Assembly: GCF_964213995.1 (NCBI RefSeq)
Contig: NW_027590163.1
Span: forward strand, 248,001-312,000
Direction: 5' to 3'
Length of the DNA stretch: 64,000 nt
Origin: Mustelus asterias
Lineage: Eukaryota
Within the stretch, counting starts at the first letter, position 1; each line of letters begins with the position of its first letter. Under the pieces are notes generated by a model. That model worked only from the letters and a program-made list of their open reading frames with translations. It was not told the DNA's origin and did not search any database. Positions 36,949-50,465 of this stretch are shown piece by piece. Made by a program: the position numbers and the translations under genes.

Positions 36949-37149
36949 TGGTTTTCTTTGCTAAATTTGTTTGCTCAAGGTTTTTTTCAATCCTCAGAAA
37001 GTAGAAATATAAGCACTCAGGAAACTTCAGGAAATTCCTCTATTGTTCGTCATTTATCGAAATGACATAGATGACTATGTGATGTGGTCGGGGGGGGGGG
37101 GGGGGGCGGGGGGGGGGCGGTACGTGTAGAATCAGTCGGTTTGCCGATT

Positions 37150-38078
37150 ACAGAAAGATTTGGCCAGTGATTAACAGTGTGTTTGAGTGTCTTGAGTTAC
37201 AGGAAGATATAGACGAGGTGGTCAAATGCTCAGATAAGTGGAAGATGGAATTTAACACTGAAAAGTGTAAGGTGATATACTTTGGGAGGAGTGATTTGAC
37301 AAGGAAGTATGCTATGAAAGAAATGCCGCCAGGAAGTTCGGAAGAACAAAGGGACCTTGACGTGTTTGTCCACAGATCTCTGAAGGCAGAAAGGCAGGTT
37401 AATAGGTGGCGAAAAAGTAGGAGACACACTCGCCTTTATCAGTCGGGGTTTCGATTACAAAAGCAGAGAGGTCATGATGGAGTTGTATAGAGCTTTGGCG
37501 AGGCCACATCTGGAGTACCATCTGCTGTTCTGGTCGCTACATTATACGAAGGACGTGAACGCACTGGAAGGTGTGCAGTAGATTCACCAGGATGTTGTCT
37601 GGGATGGAACATTTAAGTTCAAAAGAAGATCGGATCGGTTTGGATTGTTTTCAGTGGAGCAGAGAATATGCGCGACCTGATTGGGATGTTCAAGATTATG
37701 AGGGGCATGGGCAGGATGGATAGGGAGCAGCTGTTCCCCTTTGTTGAAGGGTCAGTAACGAGGGGATACAATCTAAAAGTGAGGAGCGGGAGGTTTGGGG
37801 GGAGGGATGTGAGGAAAAACATTTTTCTTATTCAGAGTGTGGTAACAGTGTGGAATGCACTGCCTGGGAGGGTGATAGAGGTGGGATCCCTCACATCCTT
37901 TAAAAAGAGCTGGATTTTTTTTTCTTGGCAAGCCAAAACATCCAAGTCTATGGGACAATTGCTGGCAAATGGGATTAGGTGGGCAGGTCAGGGCCTTTCA
38001 TGCGTCGCTGCAGACTCGATGAGCCGAAAGGCCACTTCGACACTGTAATATTCTGTGATTCCGTGAATCTGTGAATCA
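37150..38078 (+). mobile_element. CR1 3' fragment
   Basis: WKMEFNTEKCKV, DLIGMFKIM, WNALP; 3' tail. Confidence 0.85.
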
Positions 38079-39614
38079 CATTGCAGGCGATGCAGCTAAT
38101 GACTCTCCTGGCATCTCTGCATCAGCCCAAGAGGACAATGGCTAATTTGTTAAAAATGCTCAGAGGTAGAGAAGCCACAGATGGCAGTGGGTCCTCTTAC
38201 AGCTGTCTTTCAATCACTCGTCTATTCCAATTTAAACAAGAGGTGCGAAGACGAGAACAACACTGCCTGCAATCAATGTGCAGTGATCTCACCGTTACAT
38301 CATGGAACTGATGGAGGTCAGGAACAAGGCAGCAAGATCTTTCTCGCAAAATACATCCATACATACAAACACACATTGGCTCAATAATCGCCAGACCCGA
38401 GGCCCGCGTTCGATTCCCAGTCAGGGGCTAACAATTGACTGCTCTCATGCAGCACAGGAATTTAGAAGAGCTGAAATTACATCCGATCGATACCAGGAGA
38501 GATCTTTGTGCTAGTTTGAACAGCAGGGAGAAAAGTTCGCCCCATTTCTTAATTACCCACAGCAATTCATATTGCTATTGTCCTTGTTGCTTCCTCCTTT
38601 CAAAATAAGTATGTTGCCTTCTGCTGCATTAACTGTAACTGGAGCTGACCATATTCAAGGAGCAATGTTAGAATCAACCTGTTGGAAAGCTTATTGTGAT
38701 GCATCTGTTGAACAACATTAGATTTTCACTTCTCTGTTTTCGTCACACTGGACGTAATGTCAAAAGATGAGCAAGTTCAAAGTGTAACAACGTGCACAAG
38801 ACTGGAAGGAGTGTGTGATTGTGTATAATTGGCACTGTGCACGTTCCTGTAATCAGTGTCTTGGAGAATCAGGAAGATGAGGTTCTGCTGGTCTAATGAT
38901 TAGGGTTCAGTGCTTTCAGGGTCAAAGATCGGCTTCGATATACTAAGATTTAATGTGTGGGATAACCTGTTAATCAAAACTGATTTGGTTCCTGAGTGAA
39001 AACAGCTCTGCCCGAATCAGTGATGTGAGATTTGTAGTTTCGTGTCTGAGTTGGAAATGCCACATGGGACACAGGTCAAGAACAAGCGGGGAAAGAGAAG
39101 GACAGTTATAGACATCAAAAAGCTGATGGTAAAAATGGTAATGCTTGGTAAAATCTGGGTGGCAATGGTGCAAACTCACAAATAGAGAGGGTGGTGGTTG
39201 TCTGGAACTTGCCACCGGGGGAGGTAGCGGAAGCAGATACGTTAGTGACTTTTAAGGGATGCCTTGACAAACACATGAATAGCATGGGAATAGAGGGATA
39301 TGTTCCCCAGAAGGGCAGGGGGCTTTAGTTCAGACGGGCAGCATTGTTGGTAGGCTTGGAAGGCCGAAGAGACTGTTCCTGTCCTCTAATTTTCTTTGTT
39401 CTTCCTTAAATATCACGTAGATGTGGATTCAAGTCTCAGCCAAATGATAAGAAAACTTCTCGGTGAATGAAACACTAAACTCTCCGACTCCATAGAGAAA
39501 CTAGTAATTGTGAGAGAATGCGGGATAGAAACTATCCCCTCGAGTTTCCTCCACGATGGACCAAGAACATGACGGACCTAAGCGCAGACTGCTAACTGAG
39601 GGGCCATAGACTCC

Positions 39615-39686
39615 GAACTAAGAGCTCAGTGGTCGAACATCTGACTGACGATCAAGAGATCCCCGTTTCAAATCCGCATGACCCAT
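39615..39686 (+). pseudogene. tRNA-Cys pseudogene
   Basis: agctcagtggtcgaacatctgactgacgatcaagagatccccgtttcaaatccg versus the tRNA-Cys(GCA) consensus; anticodon and acceptor stem broken. Confidence 0.7.
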
Positions 39687-41019
39687 TCATTCATTTATGA
39701 CCACTTTTTTCCCACGTTTTCGTTCCTTTCGTTGACTGGAAAGCGCGTTGTGACGTATAATGATTGGGAAAAGCGCTATATAAATGGAAGTCCGTCTTTC
39801 TTTAACGATCTTCAATCCCAGTCTTCGGTATTCGACTTCAGTCAGTGGAAACAGTTTGTCCCTGTCTGCCCGATCAAATGGTCTTTTTTTCCATATTAGG
39901 AGAAGGGGAATAACCACGACACCACAGCAAAACTGTGGTGGTGCAATAGGCAAAGGAGCTTATTTAGATTTTGTGTGGTCATGCGGGAGTTCTGGATTAT
40001 GTTTTACGAGAAGAGAATAGGCGTTGGATATATACGTTGGATATATAGGGTGGGTTCGAGTCATGTTATTCTCTGTGGCGTAATTTGTCAGTGCGTTTGG
40101 CTGTTAACCGAAAAAGTGGTCGTTCAAAAGCATCCACACAAGGCGATTTCACTTTTCAAAAACAATTAGCGTTGACTGTCGCACAGTTTCGCTTGGGTCC
40201 TTGGGCAACAATAAAAATGTTTCTCACGGTTTACCGGCTCGACTGATATCTGGTCTTAACAACATTATTTAGCTAATGAATATTCATTCATACATATTAC
40301 ATGCAATAATATGTTTATTTCAAATATGCTGTTAAAGTTAAGAAATCCAATCAAATAAGAACGTTGGCTGAATGTGGTGTTGTGTCAGTTCTCCGAGGGG
40401 TCCTCGTCCTGAGATTGGACCCCAGTCTTTTAGATTTCCCGACCAGTGGAAACAATACCTGAGAATACCGCTGGTTTCAGTGAGATCGCCTCTCATTTTT
40501 ATTAACTCCAGGGAATTTCAGCCCAATTTACACAGCCTCCAATCCCAGGAGAAAACTCTCATCCCAGGGACCAATCTTGACATTGACAACCGAGTATCAC
40601 AGTAATCACAAGCAATAGACATTCAGTAAGAGTTACGAGGTCACTCGTGGAAAGAAAGATAACCACAAACTTTGCATGGTCGCAGGACACTTGATTGATG
40701 AAGTAGAACAGAAGTGGAGTTGACGCTATAATGTTATTACCGGGAGAACTCAAAGCTGAAAGTCCTGGACAGTGACGGTAAAATTGAAACTGACCTGCCA
40801 GCAAATGATACTACTTAATTCATGGTCACATTCGGACAGCTGTCATTATATTGGGATGTTTGTATCATGGGTACAAGGAAGAGACCCATCAAAAAATTGG
40901 GATAGTTGGAACTAAAGTAAAGGACGAATAGTCTTCAACGTGGCAGGCTAGCCTCATTAATAGAGGAAAGACACTTGTTAGAGACTTGGGGTTCTTATAT
41001 TCATGTTTTAAAAAAACGT

Positions 41020-41236
41020 GTGGGCACAGTAAGAATTCTCACAACACCAGGTTAACGTCGAACATGATTAATTGGTAGCACGAGCTTTCGGAACACTGCT
41101 CCTTCATCAGCCTCTCACCTGTTGAAGGATCAGAGCTCCGAAAGCTCGTGCAAACAAAAGATCTGTTGGACTTTAAGCTGGTGTTGTGAGAGTTCTTACT
41201 GTGCCCACCCCAGTCCAACGACAACATCTCCACATC
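41020..41236. mobile_element. Palindromic non-autonomous Penelope derivative with two opposed hammerhead motifs
   Basis: Inverted repeat 41020-41208 homologous to the pseudo-LTR ends at 3190-4035; CTGATGA..GAAA on minus, CTGTTGA..GAAA on plus; ccccagtccaacg tail. Confidence 0.8.
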
Positions 41237-41451
41237 AAGAAACTTGCGATCACCTGATGAATGAAAAGAAAAGACGAAGAAGCATTTGCTTTCTTATTTC
41301 TACACTTTGGTAGGTTGTGATTACATTAGAGATAATAATTCTCAGACATTGATATGAATTAGAGAGTATCCATTTTTATTTTCAAGCCTGTGCTGTTAAG
41401 AGGTGAAACAATTGACTAATTTTAGTAAAGAATTATAACTATTGGACTGCA

Positions 41452-42362
41452 TTATTTTCTCGGAATAGTTAGTTTACTAATTCGGTTCAGTGGACATTGG
41501 AGAGCATTTTTCAACTCTTCTCTGAATTTCTTCTGAATGGCTGCGTAAATAAAGGTGTTGGTGCAGGAACTAAGAAGCTGCAGCATGTTTCCCGATTCCT
41601 GGAGAATAAATTTGGGATCACTGAAGCTTTTAATGTTATAATCGTTTGTGATTCGCACAGTCAAGAACTGTATAACAAATGTCATCCACAACAGGATGAA
41701 ACTGCCAGAGATTGTGAAGAGTAAAATGATGGACTTTCTCCGGCTCTCCATCTTGGGGTCAGTCTGATTCTTTCCGCCATTGTCTGTACGAAGTCTCTTC
41801 CTGGCTCTACTGGCTGCTAGAATATGTCTGACGGTCAGAGCGTTGAACAGGAGAATTAGAAGGAACGGAGCACACGGGGTCAATATACAATTAAACCAGT
41901 CATATGCTGTCCATAGCAGTGAAGTATACCGGATATCCTTCAGTCTGCAATACCAGGGCACATTGTCAACCATGTAAATAGGCTCGTGAATAAAGTACCA
42001 GGGGATATTGGTTAAAAAGCCCAGGGCACAGACTGTTCCTATCACAACAGCCGCAGTTTTCTCGGTGCAGTATTTTATTTTCAACTTCTGGCAGCATATT
42101 GCCACAAAGCGATCAAAGGTAAACGTGACTGTTAACCAGACAGAACTCACTCTGGCTGCGTAAGTTAGGACTGTGCTCACACTACACAGCGGGGTGATGG
42201 ACAAGAAGCTGCCTGGAAAATAAATGGCACTGATGCGATTTAATATCACAGCGGTGATAATGACCAGTAGATCTGTCACATTCATGGAGATAAGGTATCG
42301 AGTGATACATTTCGAAAGACCACACTTTCCTCTTGACAGGATCACAATCGCCACTAAATTAG
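41452..42362 (-). CDS. GPR139/GPR142-like class A GPCR, exon 2 (spliced product 326 aa)
   Basis: Hydrophobic TM segments; ANLVAIVILSRG, DLLV, TFDRFVAIC, PF, CTNTFIY motifs; ttaatgcag acceptor in phase 1; AATAAA about 70 nt after the stop. Confidence 0.92.
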
Positions 42363-42649
42363 CTGCATTAAACAGAAGGAGAATTAACTTACATGCAAAA
42401 ACCACAATAATATCATCACATTGACCGAAATGCATGGACTCTTATTTTCTGCATCTGAAGCGATTTTCTGGGTCTGAAGAAAAAACAGCTGATTTAATAA
42501 TATGAAGATGGACGTTAGATGGGGGCAGACATCACGGATGGAAGAAGTATATTCTTAATCATCAAAATGGATTATCTGTTTATCAAGCATTGACTTCTCA
42601 ATTACCATTACATTTTACCGTGCACGGTAATGAATTAATAAAGTTTCTA

Positions 42650-45600
42650 TTTCCGAAATCAACCAATTAGTGGAGTCTGATGACATTTCAACGGGTATGG
42701 AAAATATTGGTATTGATGTTTCCATGAATGGAGTAATTCGCTTACGAGGGTTGATTGGAGAAACGTGTCGAAATTTTTGTCAAATGTCAAAGATTCATTC
42801 GGGTTCTTCTGAGAGACGATCGGGAGAAAACTGCTCACGACACAGGAACTGCAAGCAAGGCAACAAATCCTCCATCCACACACCGACCAGAGTGAAGAAC
42901 CTCATTGGACAAAACCATACCCTTAACACCGCAAACCATTCTCACCGTCTCCCAGGCTCGAAAAAAACAGACACTCCAGGAAGCGTGGAAAACGTGTAAG
43001 TGAGAGTGAAACAACGCGGCACCAAGGCCCCCATCCCCAGCTTATTCCTTACAAATCTCCAGTCTCTGGAAAACAAGCTAGACGAACTTAGAACGAGCCT
43101 CACTTTCCAAAGGGAACTGAGGGATTGCTGTGTACTCTGTTTCACAGAGACTCTTGCTTCACCGGACAGTGCCCTAAAACCAGTGGGCTTCTCAATCCAT
43201 CGAATGGACCGTACAGCGGCCTTAGCCATGGCTAGGGGTGGTGGGCCTGCTTCTTTATCAACACCTTGTGGTGCCTAGACGTAGCGACACCGCAACTTTC
43301 TGCTCCCCAGACCTGGAATATCTCATGCTAAAATGCCACCCCTACTCCCTTCCGCGGGAGTTCACCGCCGTTATCCTGATGGGAGTTCACCTTCCACCCA
43401 ATGCACACGTGAAGATTACGCCAGACGAAATATACATCACGACGATTAGCCTTGAGACGAGGCTTTGTTCATCGTTGCTGTGGACTTCAATCAGGCCAAA
43501 CTCAAGAGCATACTACCAAGATACCACCAACACGTTTCCTATTCCAACAGAGGCCCAAACATCCTAAACCACTGCTGCACAAATATCAAACATGCTCTAT
43601 CGTTGCCCAGACTTTTGCCAATCAAACCACAGGACAGTACTCTTGCTCCGGCTTACTAGCAAGAACTGAAGCGGGAGAATCCATCAAAGAAAGTCGTGCA
43701 ATGTTAGTCTGAGGTTAGTATTTAAAAACTCTGTAACCAGCCTGAACGAGTACGCCACGACAGGAACTGACATCATTAATAAGTGTGTAGAAGGCAATGT
43801 GCCAACGAAGCAAATCGTGTGTTTCCAACCGGAAACAATGGATGAACAGGGATATCCACTGCTTGCTGAAGTCCAGGTCTGAGGCATTCAAGTCAAGCGA
43901 CAGTGACCTATACAAGAAAGCCAGATACGATCTAAAGAGATACATCAAAGATGCCAAAGGACAGTACCGGACCACGCTAGAGTCCTAGGATAGCCACACG
44001 GAGCCCCGCTTGTCTGCAAGACATAACAGGCTATAAGATGAAGGCATGTTCAATCGCCGGCTCCAACGCACCTCTCCCTGATGATCTCAATACATTCTAT
44101 GCCGGTTTTGAGCAAGAGGTCAGCCAGCACATGGCCTCTACCCTGGAAGCACAGGATGAACCTACATCTGGGGTCACCATTGCAGATGTCAGAGCAGCTT
44201 TCTTGAAGGTCAACCCACTGAAAGCGACTGGCTCAGATGGGGTACCCGGACGAGCATTCAGAACCTGCGAGGATCAGCTGGCGGGGGTATTCACAGACAT
44301 CTTCAACCTCTCTTTACAACAATCTGAGATCCCTATCTACTTCAATAAGACGACCATCATCCCGGTACCGAAGAAAAACCAAGCAGTGTGCTTTAATGAC
44401 TATCAGCCAGTGGCTCTGACAAATATCATCATGAAGTTCTTCGAAAGATTAGTCATGGCCTGAATCAATTCCAGCCTCCCGCACGACCTGGATCTACCAC
44501 AATTTGCCTACCACCGCAACAGATCCACAGCAGACGCCGTTTTCCTGGCCCTGCACTCAACCTTAGAACACCTAGATAATAAGGACACCTTGTCAGATTC
44601 CTATTTATTGACTACAGCTCAGCCTTCAACACTATTATTCCCACGAAACTCATCTCCAAACTCCGTGGCCTGTGCCTCGGCACCTCCCTCTGCGACTGGA
44701 TCCTGAACTTCCTCACTCATAGTCCTCAATCAGTAAGTTAAGGCAACAACACCTCCTCCACGGTAATCCTCAACCCCCGTGCCCCACAAGACTGTGTTCT
44801 CAGCCCCCTACTATAATCCTTATACACCTATGACTGTGTGGCCAAATTCCGCTCCATGTCGATTTTCAATTTTGCTGATGACACCACCTAGTGAGTCGGA
44901 TCTCAAACAATGACGAGTACAGGAATCTGCTGAACTGGTGCGGCAAAAATAATCTCTCCCTCACTGTCAACAAAACGAAGGAGATTGCCATCAACATCAG
45001 GAAGCGTAAAGGAGAACATGCTCCTGTCTACATCAATGGGGCCGAAGTAGAAAGGGTCGGGAGTTTCAAGTTTTTAGGTCTCCAGATCACAAACAATCTG
45101 TCCTGGTAACCGCCCCCCCCCCCCGCCCCCCAATGGACGGAACTGTAGTTGAGAAAGCCCACCAACTTTCTCAGAAGACGAATGAAATTTGGCATGTCAG
45201 CTACGACTCTCACCAATTTTTACAGATGCACCATAGAAAGCATTATTTCTGGTTGTATCACAGCTTGGTATGGCTCCTGCTCTCCCCAAGATTGCAAGGA
45301 ACTGCAAAAGTTTGTAAATGTTGCCCAATCCATCACGCAAACCAGCCTCCCATCCATTGACTCTGTCTACACTTCCCACTGCCCCGGCAAGGCAACCAGC
45401 ATAATTAAGGACCCCATGCACCTCGGACATTCTCTCTTCCACCTTCTTCCTTCAGGAGATAGATACAAAAGTGTGAGGTCACGTACCAACCGACTCAAAA
45501 ACAGCTTCTTCCCTGCTGCTCTCAGATTGTTGAATGGACTTACCTTGCATTAAGTTGATATTTGTCTACACCATAGCCATGACTCCAACACTACATTTTG

Positions 45601-45720
45601 TACTCTCTCGTTTCCTTCTCTATGAACGATATGTTTTGTCTGTATAGCACGCAAGAAGCAATACTTTTCACTGTATGTTAATACAGGGGACAATAATAAA
45701 TCAAATCAAATCAAATCAAA
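42650..45720 (+). mobile_element. Rex1/Babar LINE, near full-length and frameshifted, in the GPCR intron
   Basis: NLQSLENKLDEL...CVLCFTET, DFN, KATGSDG, NDYQPVALT, FADDT, NFYRCTIES; AATAAA followed by an (AAATC)n tail. Confidence 0.9.
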
Positions 45721-47499
45721 ACCTCAGAGGAAGGATTAAACCGAAGAGGGGATTGATTTAATGTTATATATAAGGGAAGAAATAGTGACGTCAGGACAAA
45801 CTTTTGGCGCATGCAAATTTGCTGCATGAGAATGAGGTTGTGACAGTATTCGTAGCGACATTCAACAGGGCATTGACTTATCATCTGAATAGGAAACGTG
45901 TGTGGTGACAGGGAAACGAAGGGGGAAACTGGAGAAACTGAACTGATGTTGCCGAGCAAACGTCTATGCTGCGACAATTCGAATATTCCATGCACTGAAA
46001 GATTAGAAACTTGAACAGAAAGCACAGATGATATAGCAATAATTGGAATTAAAACATAGAGAAACATTTATTATATCGTATATCGGCACAACATGGATGA
46101 TATCATACCTGTCGATCATGATGAGCATTTTTCACAGTTTAGCCCACTTAATTTAACTGTTCAATAATCTTTCGAATTTTATTTTTCCATCTAGACTGAT
46201 TAGGATGTAACTTAAGTTTATCGGGACATTTTGATGTGTGACCTTTTACATCGCATCTTCTCAGCCAATTATAGTTCGGATTAATCATTGAAGTGCCAAC
46301 AGAATCCTAGCAAGAAATGACCAGTCGTATCCTGTGAGATCGAATGGTTTCTCTTATCTTTGTATTCTGTTATGTAGCTTAGCCAATTTCACAGAATGGG
46401 ACAATTATTACAGCTCAGCACGATGCCATTTGAGCAATTGTGATTGCATCGTTTCTCTGAATGCACGTCTCACCGAAGGTCATCCACCGTCCTATCCTCC
46501 TAACATTCCACGTTCATCCATCCAGATAAATATGCAGTTAATTTCTGAATTGTTCAAAAGGATCTCTCTCAACCACAATATCATGCAGTGTATCACAAAC
46601 ACTAGCCACTCGCAGCGTACAACCCATTTCCTTAAATGAATTTTGCTGATTTCATGAATTACTTTCATACTGTTCCCTTTAGTGTACGATGTTTTCACTG
46701 GTGGAAACAGCCTCTCCACATCCAGTAAGTCCAGAACTCTTCTAACATTGATATTTAGTCCCAAACATTTACATGCTTTTACGTCTATTCCAGGATCTTC
46801 ACCGTGAAGTAACGTGGCCCTGTGGAGTATCTAATCAAATGTTTTGTGAACTCTGTTACAAATAACATCGATAGATATTAAGGGCACATTACAGCGGCTG
46901 CTGGAATCTGAAATCAGAAAGAGAAAATGCTGGAAAATTTCAGCAGGTCTGGCAGCATCTGTAGGAGAGTAAAGAGCTGAAGTTTCGAGTTCAGAAGGCC
47001 CTTTGTCAAACTTCTTTGTCAAAGCAAATTCTACACCGATAGATATTCCTATGTCCAGTACTTTGATCACTGCTTTATTAAGTCAAATCTGGTTCGTCTC
47101 GGATTTAGAAAACCATATCCTGAGTTATTTCACCACTTCTGCCCCTTGCCTTGCGCATCCCGACCAGAAAAATCTGTTTGTTGCCCACAGATCTTTGAAC
47201 CCCTTTACTAATTTTAATCAAAGCGGCTAACTAGTTATTTAATCTTATATACGGAATGTACAACATATGAGATTTATGAAACCGTTCCTGAGAATTCACT
47301 CTCGAAGACTTGGTATCGTTATAGCAAACCTACATTGCACCATTTTTGAATGAAAAGTCTATCCTTCGTGAGGTGACATGGAAGAAAATGAGTATATTGC
47401 TCCTGGTATTCAAACGTCGGATAACTTCAACCCTTTTGTTTCATGGTATCCTTGAGACGCATTCAATTAGACAACGAATAACTTATTTTGAATCATTAC

Positions 47500-47569
47500 C
47501 TGGGACTGCAATGACAGCAAGTGTAGTGTAGTAAATAGCATATCGTAGTCCAGTAGGTGGAGCATGCAT
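47500..47569 (-). CDS. GPR139-like GPCR exon 1 (MHAPPTGLRYAIYYTTLAVIAVP)
   Basis: gaagATG start; 23 codons plus G, then GTAATG donor; G+CT joins in frame to ANLVAIV and completes TM1. Confidence 0.85.
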
Positions 47570-48104
47570 CTTCTGTGAGGGGCAGCGATGTCTTTCTGAG
47601 AATGATTTGTGCTCTGCTCGACTTTCAAAGAACATTCTATTATACCTCATGTTATCCCCCGTAGACGCAATTAGGTCATATTACCAATAATGTTGCTTGC
47701 ACTCACTGAACAAACACCGTTAATTAAACAATTACAATGGCGGATTGTAGCCTATGAGCAAGCACTTTGATATGGTCTGTTTTTAGCTTCGTTGTTAATA
47801 TCATAGATTGAACACAATTACAAATGTGCGATTTTAAATTAAAATGTATATCTTTTAACAAAGGTGACCTGCTGACCTTCCCGCTTAAATGGACCTTCAA
47901 TTCAACAATAACGATTTTTATTGCTAACCTATATCCTAATTAGGACAGTAACAATTCCATCTATATCAATGTTCTGGAATTGAATAGCGGTATAAAAACA
48001 AAAGGAGGCCTATCGACATGAAACTTGTACAAATGACATGAAAATCAAAGGAACCTCAAACTAGTCGATCCTTCTATAACTATGACCGCAGGCTCCAGAA
48101 CGTA

Positions 48105-49800
48105 GAGTCATAATATCATGCAGTGCAGAAGAGACCCTTCGGCACATCGATTCCGCACCAACAAAAATACACTAAATGTAAACTAATCCCCCTTTACAGC
48201 ATTTGGCCCATAGTCTTGAATGCTGTGGCATTTCATGTGCTCATCAAAAAAAACTTTGTTGGATTCCCACCTCTACAATCCTCCCAGGCAGTGCAGTCCA
48301 GACTTCTAACTCTCTCTGTGAAAAATGTTTCCTTAAAAGCCCTCTAAACCTCCTGCTCCTCACCTGAAAATTATGCCCCTTTGCTACTCATCCTTCAACG
48401 ATGTCCTCCCCATCCTGTCCATAAACCTCTTAACCTTATCCAATCCAATCAGGTACCCTTTCTTTCTCCTCTGTTCTAAATATATTAATCCTATCCAGCC
48501 TCTCTCCATATCTAAAACTATTCATCTCAGGCGCCATCCTTGTGAATATTCTCTTCAGCCTCGCCAATGAAATCACATGCTTCCTATAATTGGGCGACAA
48601 GAACTGCACCCAGTACTTCCAGCTTTTGCCTATCCAAAGTTTCATACAGTTCCAACATAAACTCCCTGCTCACGTAATCTATACCACGAGGGATAGTGAA
48701 GTTCTGTATGCCTTCTTAACTATCATATTACTCTGTTCTGCCGCTTTCAAGGATCAGTGGACAAACATCCTAAGATAATTCTGCTCCTCTGAACTTCATT
48801 TTGTCCTTCCATCCATTGCATTCTCCCTTGTCATTTTACTCCTTCCGAAGTGTGTCATTCAACACTTCACAGGGCTATGCCCCTGATCGGCCGCATCTGA
48901 GCAACTCACAGAAAGATAGGAACATAGGAATTATGCGCAAATGTCGGTAAATTCAGCCCTGCTATCATGCTCCCCCGTGCAATCAGATCATTGTTGATCG
49001 ATTCTTGGTCTCAAATGCATCACCCCAAATGCTCCCAATATCCCTCTTTCTCTTTTGATGCTGGAAATGTATCTGTCTCACTCTCGAAACCATTCAACGA
49101 TTCAGACTCCACCGTGCTGTGGGACAACGAGTTCCACAAATCCATCACCGTTTGCGAGAAGTAGTTTCTCCTGAGCTCAGATTTTAATCTACAACCTCTC
49201 AACCTATATATGTGACCTCTTTTTCTGGATTGCCGCATAAGAGAAAGCAATTTCTCTACATTTACCTCATCAATCCATTTTACAATTTGATATCTCCCCA
49301 ACAGAATCTGTCATCTCTATCTTCCTGCAATCTAGAAAATGTTCGCTAATAGCCACACCAGCATTTTTTTCTGTCACTCTTAAACTTACTTATCATCCGC
49401 CCACCTTCTCATCTATATCGTTTCGGAAAAATAGTCTATTTTTGGCATGAGGGAGCCATATACATCAGAACATAAGAAATAGGAGCAGGAGTAGGCCATC
49501 TAGCCCCTCGAGCCTGCCCCGCCATTCAATAAGATCATGGCTGACCTGAAGTGAATCAGTTCCACTTACCCGCCTGCTCCCCATAACCCTTAATTCCCTT
49601 ACCGATCAGAAATCCATCTATCCGTAACGTAAAAATATTCAACGATGTACCCCCACCACTTCAGTGGGCAGAGAATTCCAGAGATTCACCACCCTCTGAG
49701 AGAAGAAGTTCCTCCCCAACTCTATCCGAAACTTAACCCCCTTTATTTTGAGGCTGTGCCCTCTAGTTCTGGTTTCCTTTCTAAGTGGAAAGAATCTCAC
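48105..49800 (-). mobile_element. Three stacked CR1 3' fragments
   Basis: YWVQF, ELRRNYFSQ..WNSL and FFSQRVVNLWNSLP, each with its own tail. Confidence 0.8.
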
Positions 49801-50391
49801 CACTTCAATAGTGAAGTGTACCTGTTCCATTCGGTATCTACCCACTCTGGCTTTTTCTTTCTTTCTGTCGATAGATCTGCCTCAGTCCTTCCCTCTCTCA
49901 GTCTAACTATTCATTTCCCTCTTTTGTTTTTGTTCCTCCTATTCTCTCCCTGTCTGGGTGGAATCAAGTTGAATTGAATTGATTCCTGAAATTAGGCGGT
50001 TGTTGATTTTAATGGCGGAGGAGACGCAATGGGACATGTGATCTAATCCATCTCCAATGATTCTGTTCACTGCCAATACTAGTTCCGACAGCAATGACTT
50101 CTGTTGGTGTCGTTGATAGGAAGTTTAAGGCATTAAATTTAGGATAGCGACATTTGTGGAGGAGTGTGATCAAATTCTCCCAATGTCAGATTTTTATTTA
50201 AATTACTTTAAACGTTACGAACTTTGATCAAACATGTGATCATTAAAATTGAATGCAGTAGAATGTGTCACCATTCATTTTGATTAGAGAAACCAGCAGA
50301 GAGAATGTAAAGTGAGCAACTGACGGGCTTGTGGAACGAGTTTAGTTGCTCCACAAGTATACCGGATCTGCTTCAAATCATGCATCGCAAA

Positions 50392-50465
50392 GTTTCTGTA
50401 GTGCAGTCGTTACCACGTTTGCCTCACATGCGCACAGATCCCCGGGTCAAGACCGAGCAAAAACA
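50392..50465 (+). pseudogene. tRNA-Val(CAC) pseudogene
   Basis: gtttctgtagtgcagtcgttaccacgtttgcctcacatgcg...gaccgagcaaaaaca. Confidence 0.75.

Noticed and set aside
39740-39805. CRE + CCAAT + TATATAAA promoter-like cluster
   Set aside because: aaagcgctatataaatggaagt..tctttcttt resembles an L2/SINE-type 3' tail, and no downstream exon was found.
42363-42435. ORF-track N-terminus MHFGQCDD... of the GPCR
   Set aside because: Lies upstream of a good ttaatgcag acceptor; the exon at 47500-47569 supplies the proper TM1 start in phase.
45990-46067. Hydrophobic MFLYVLIPIIAISSVL as a candidate GPCR exon 1
   Set aside because: Lacks the (G/A)VP-G|GT donor junction; the exon at 47500-47569 fits better.
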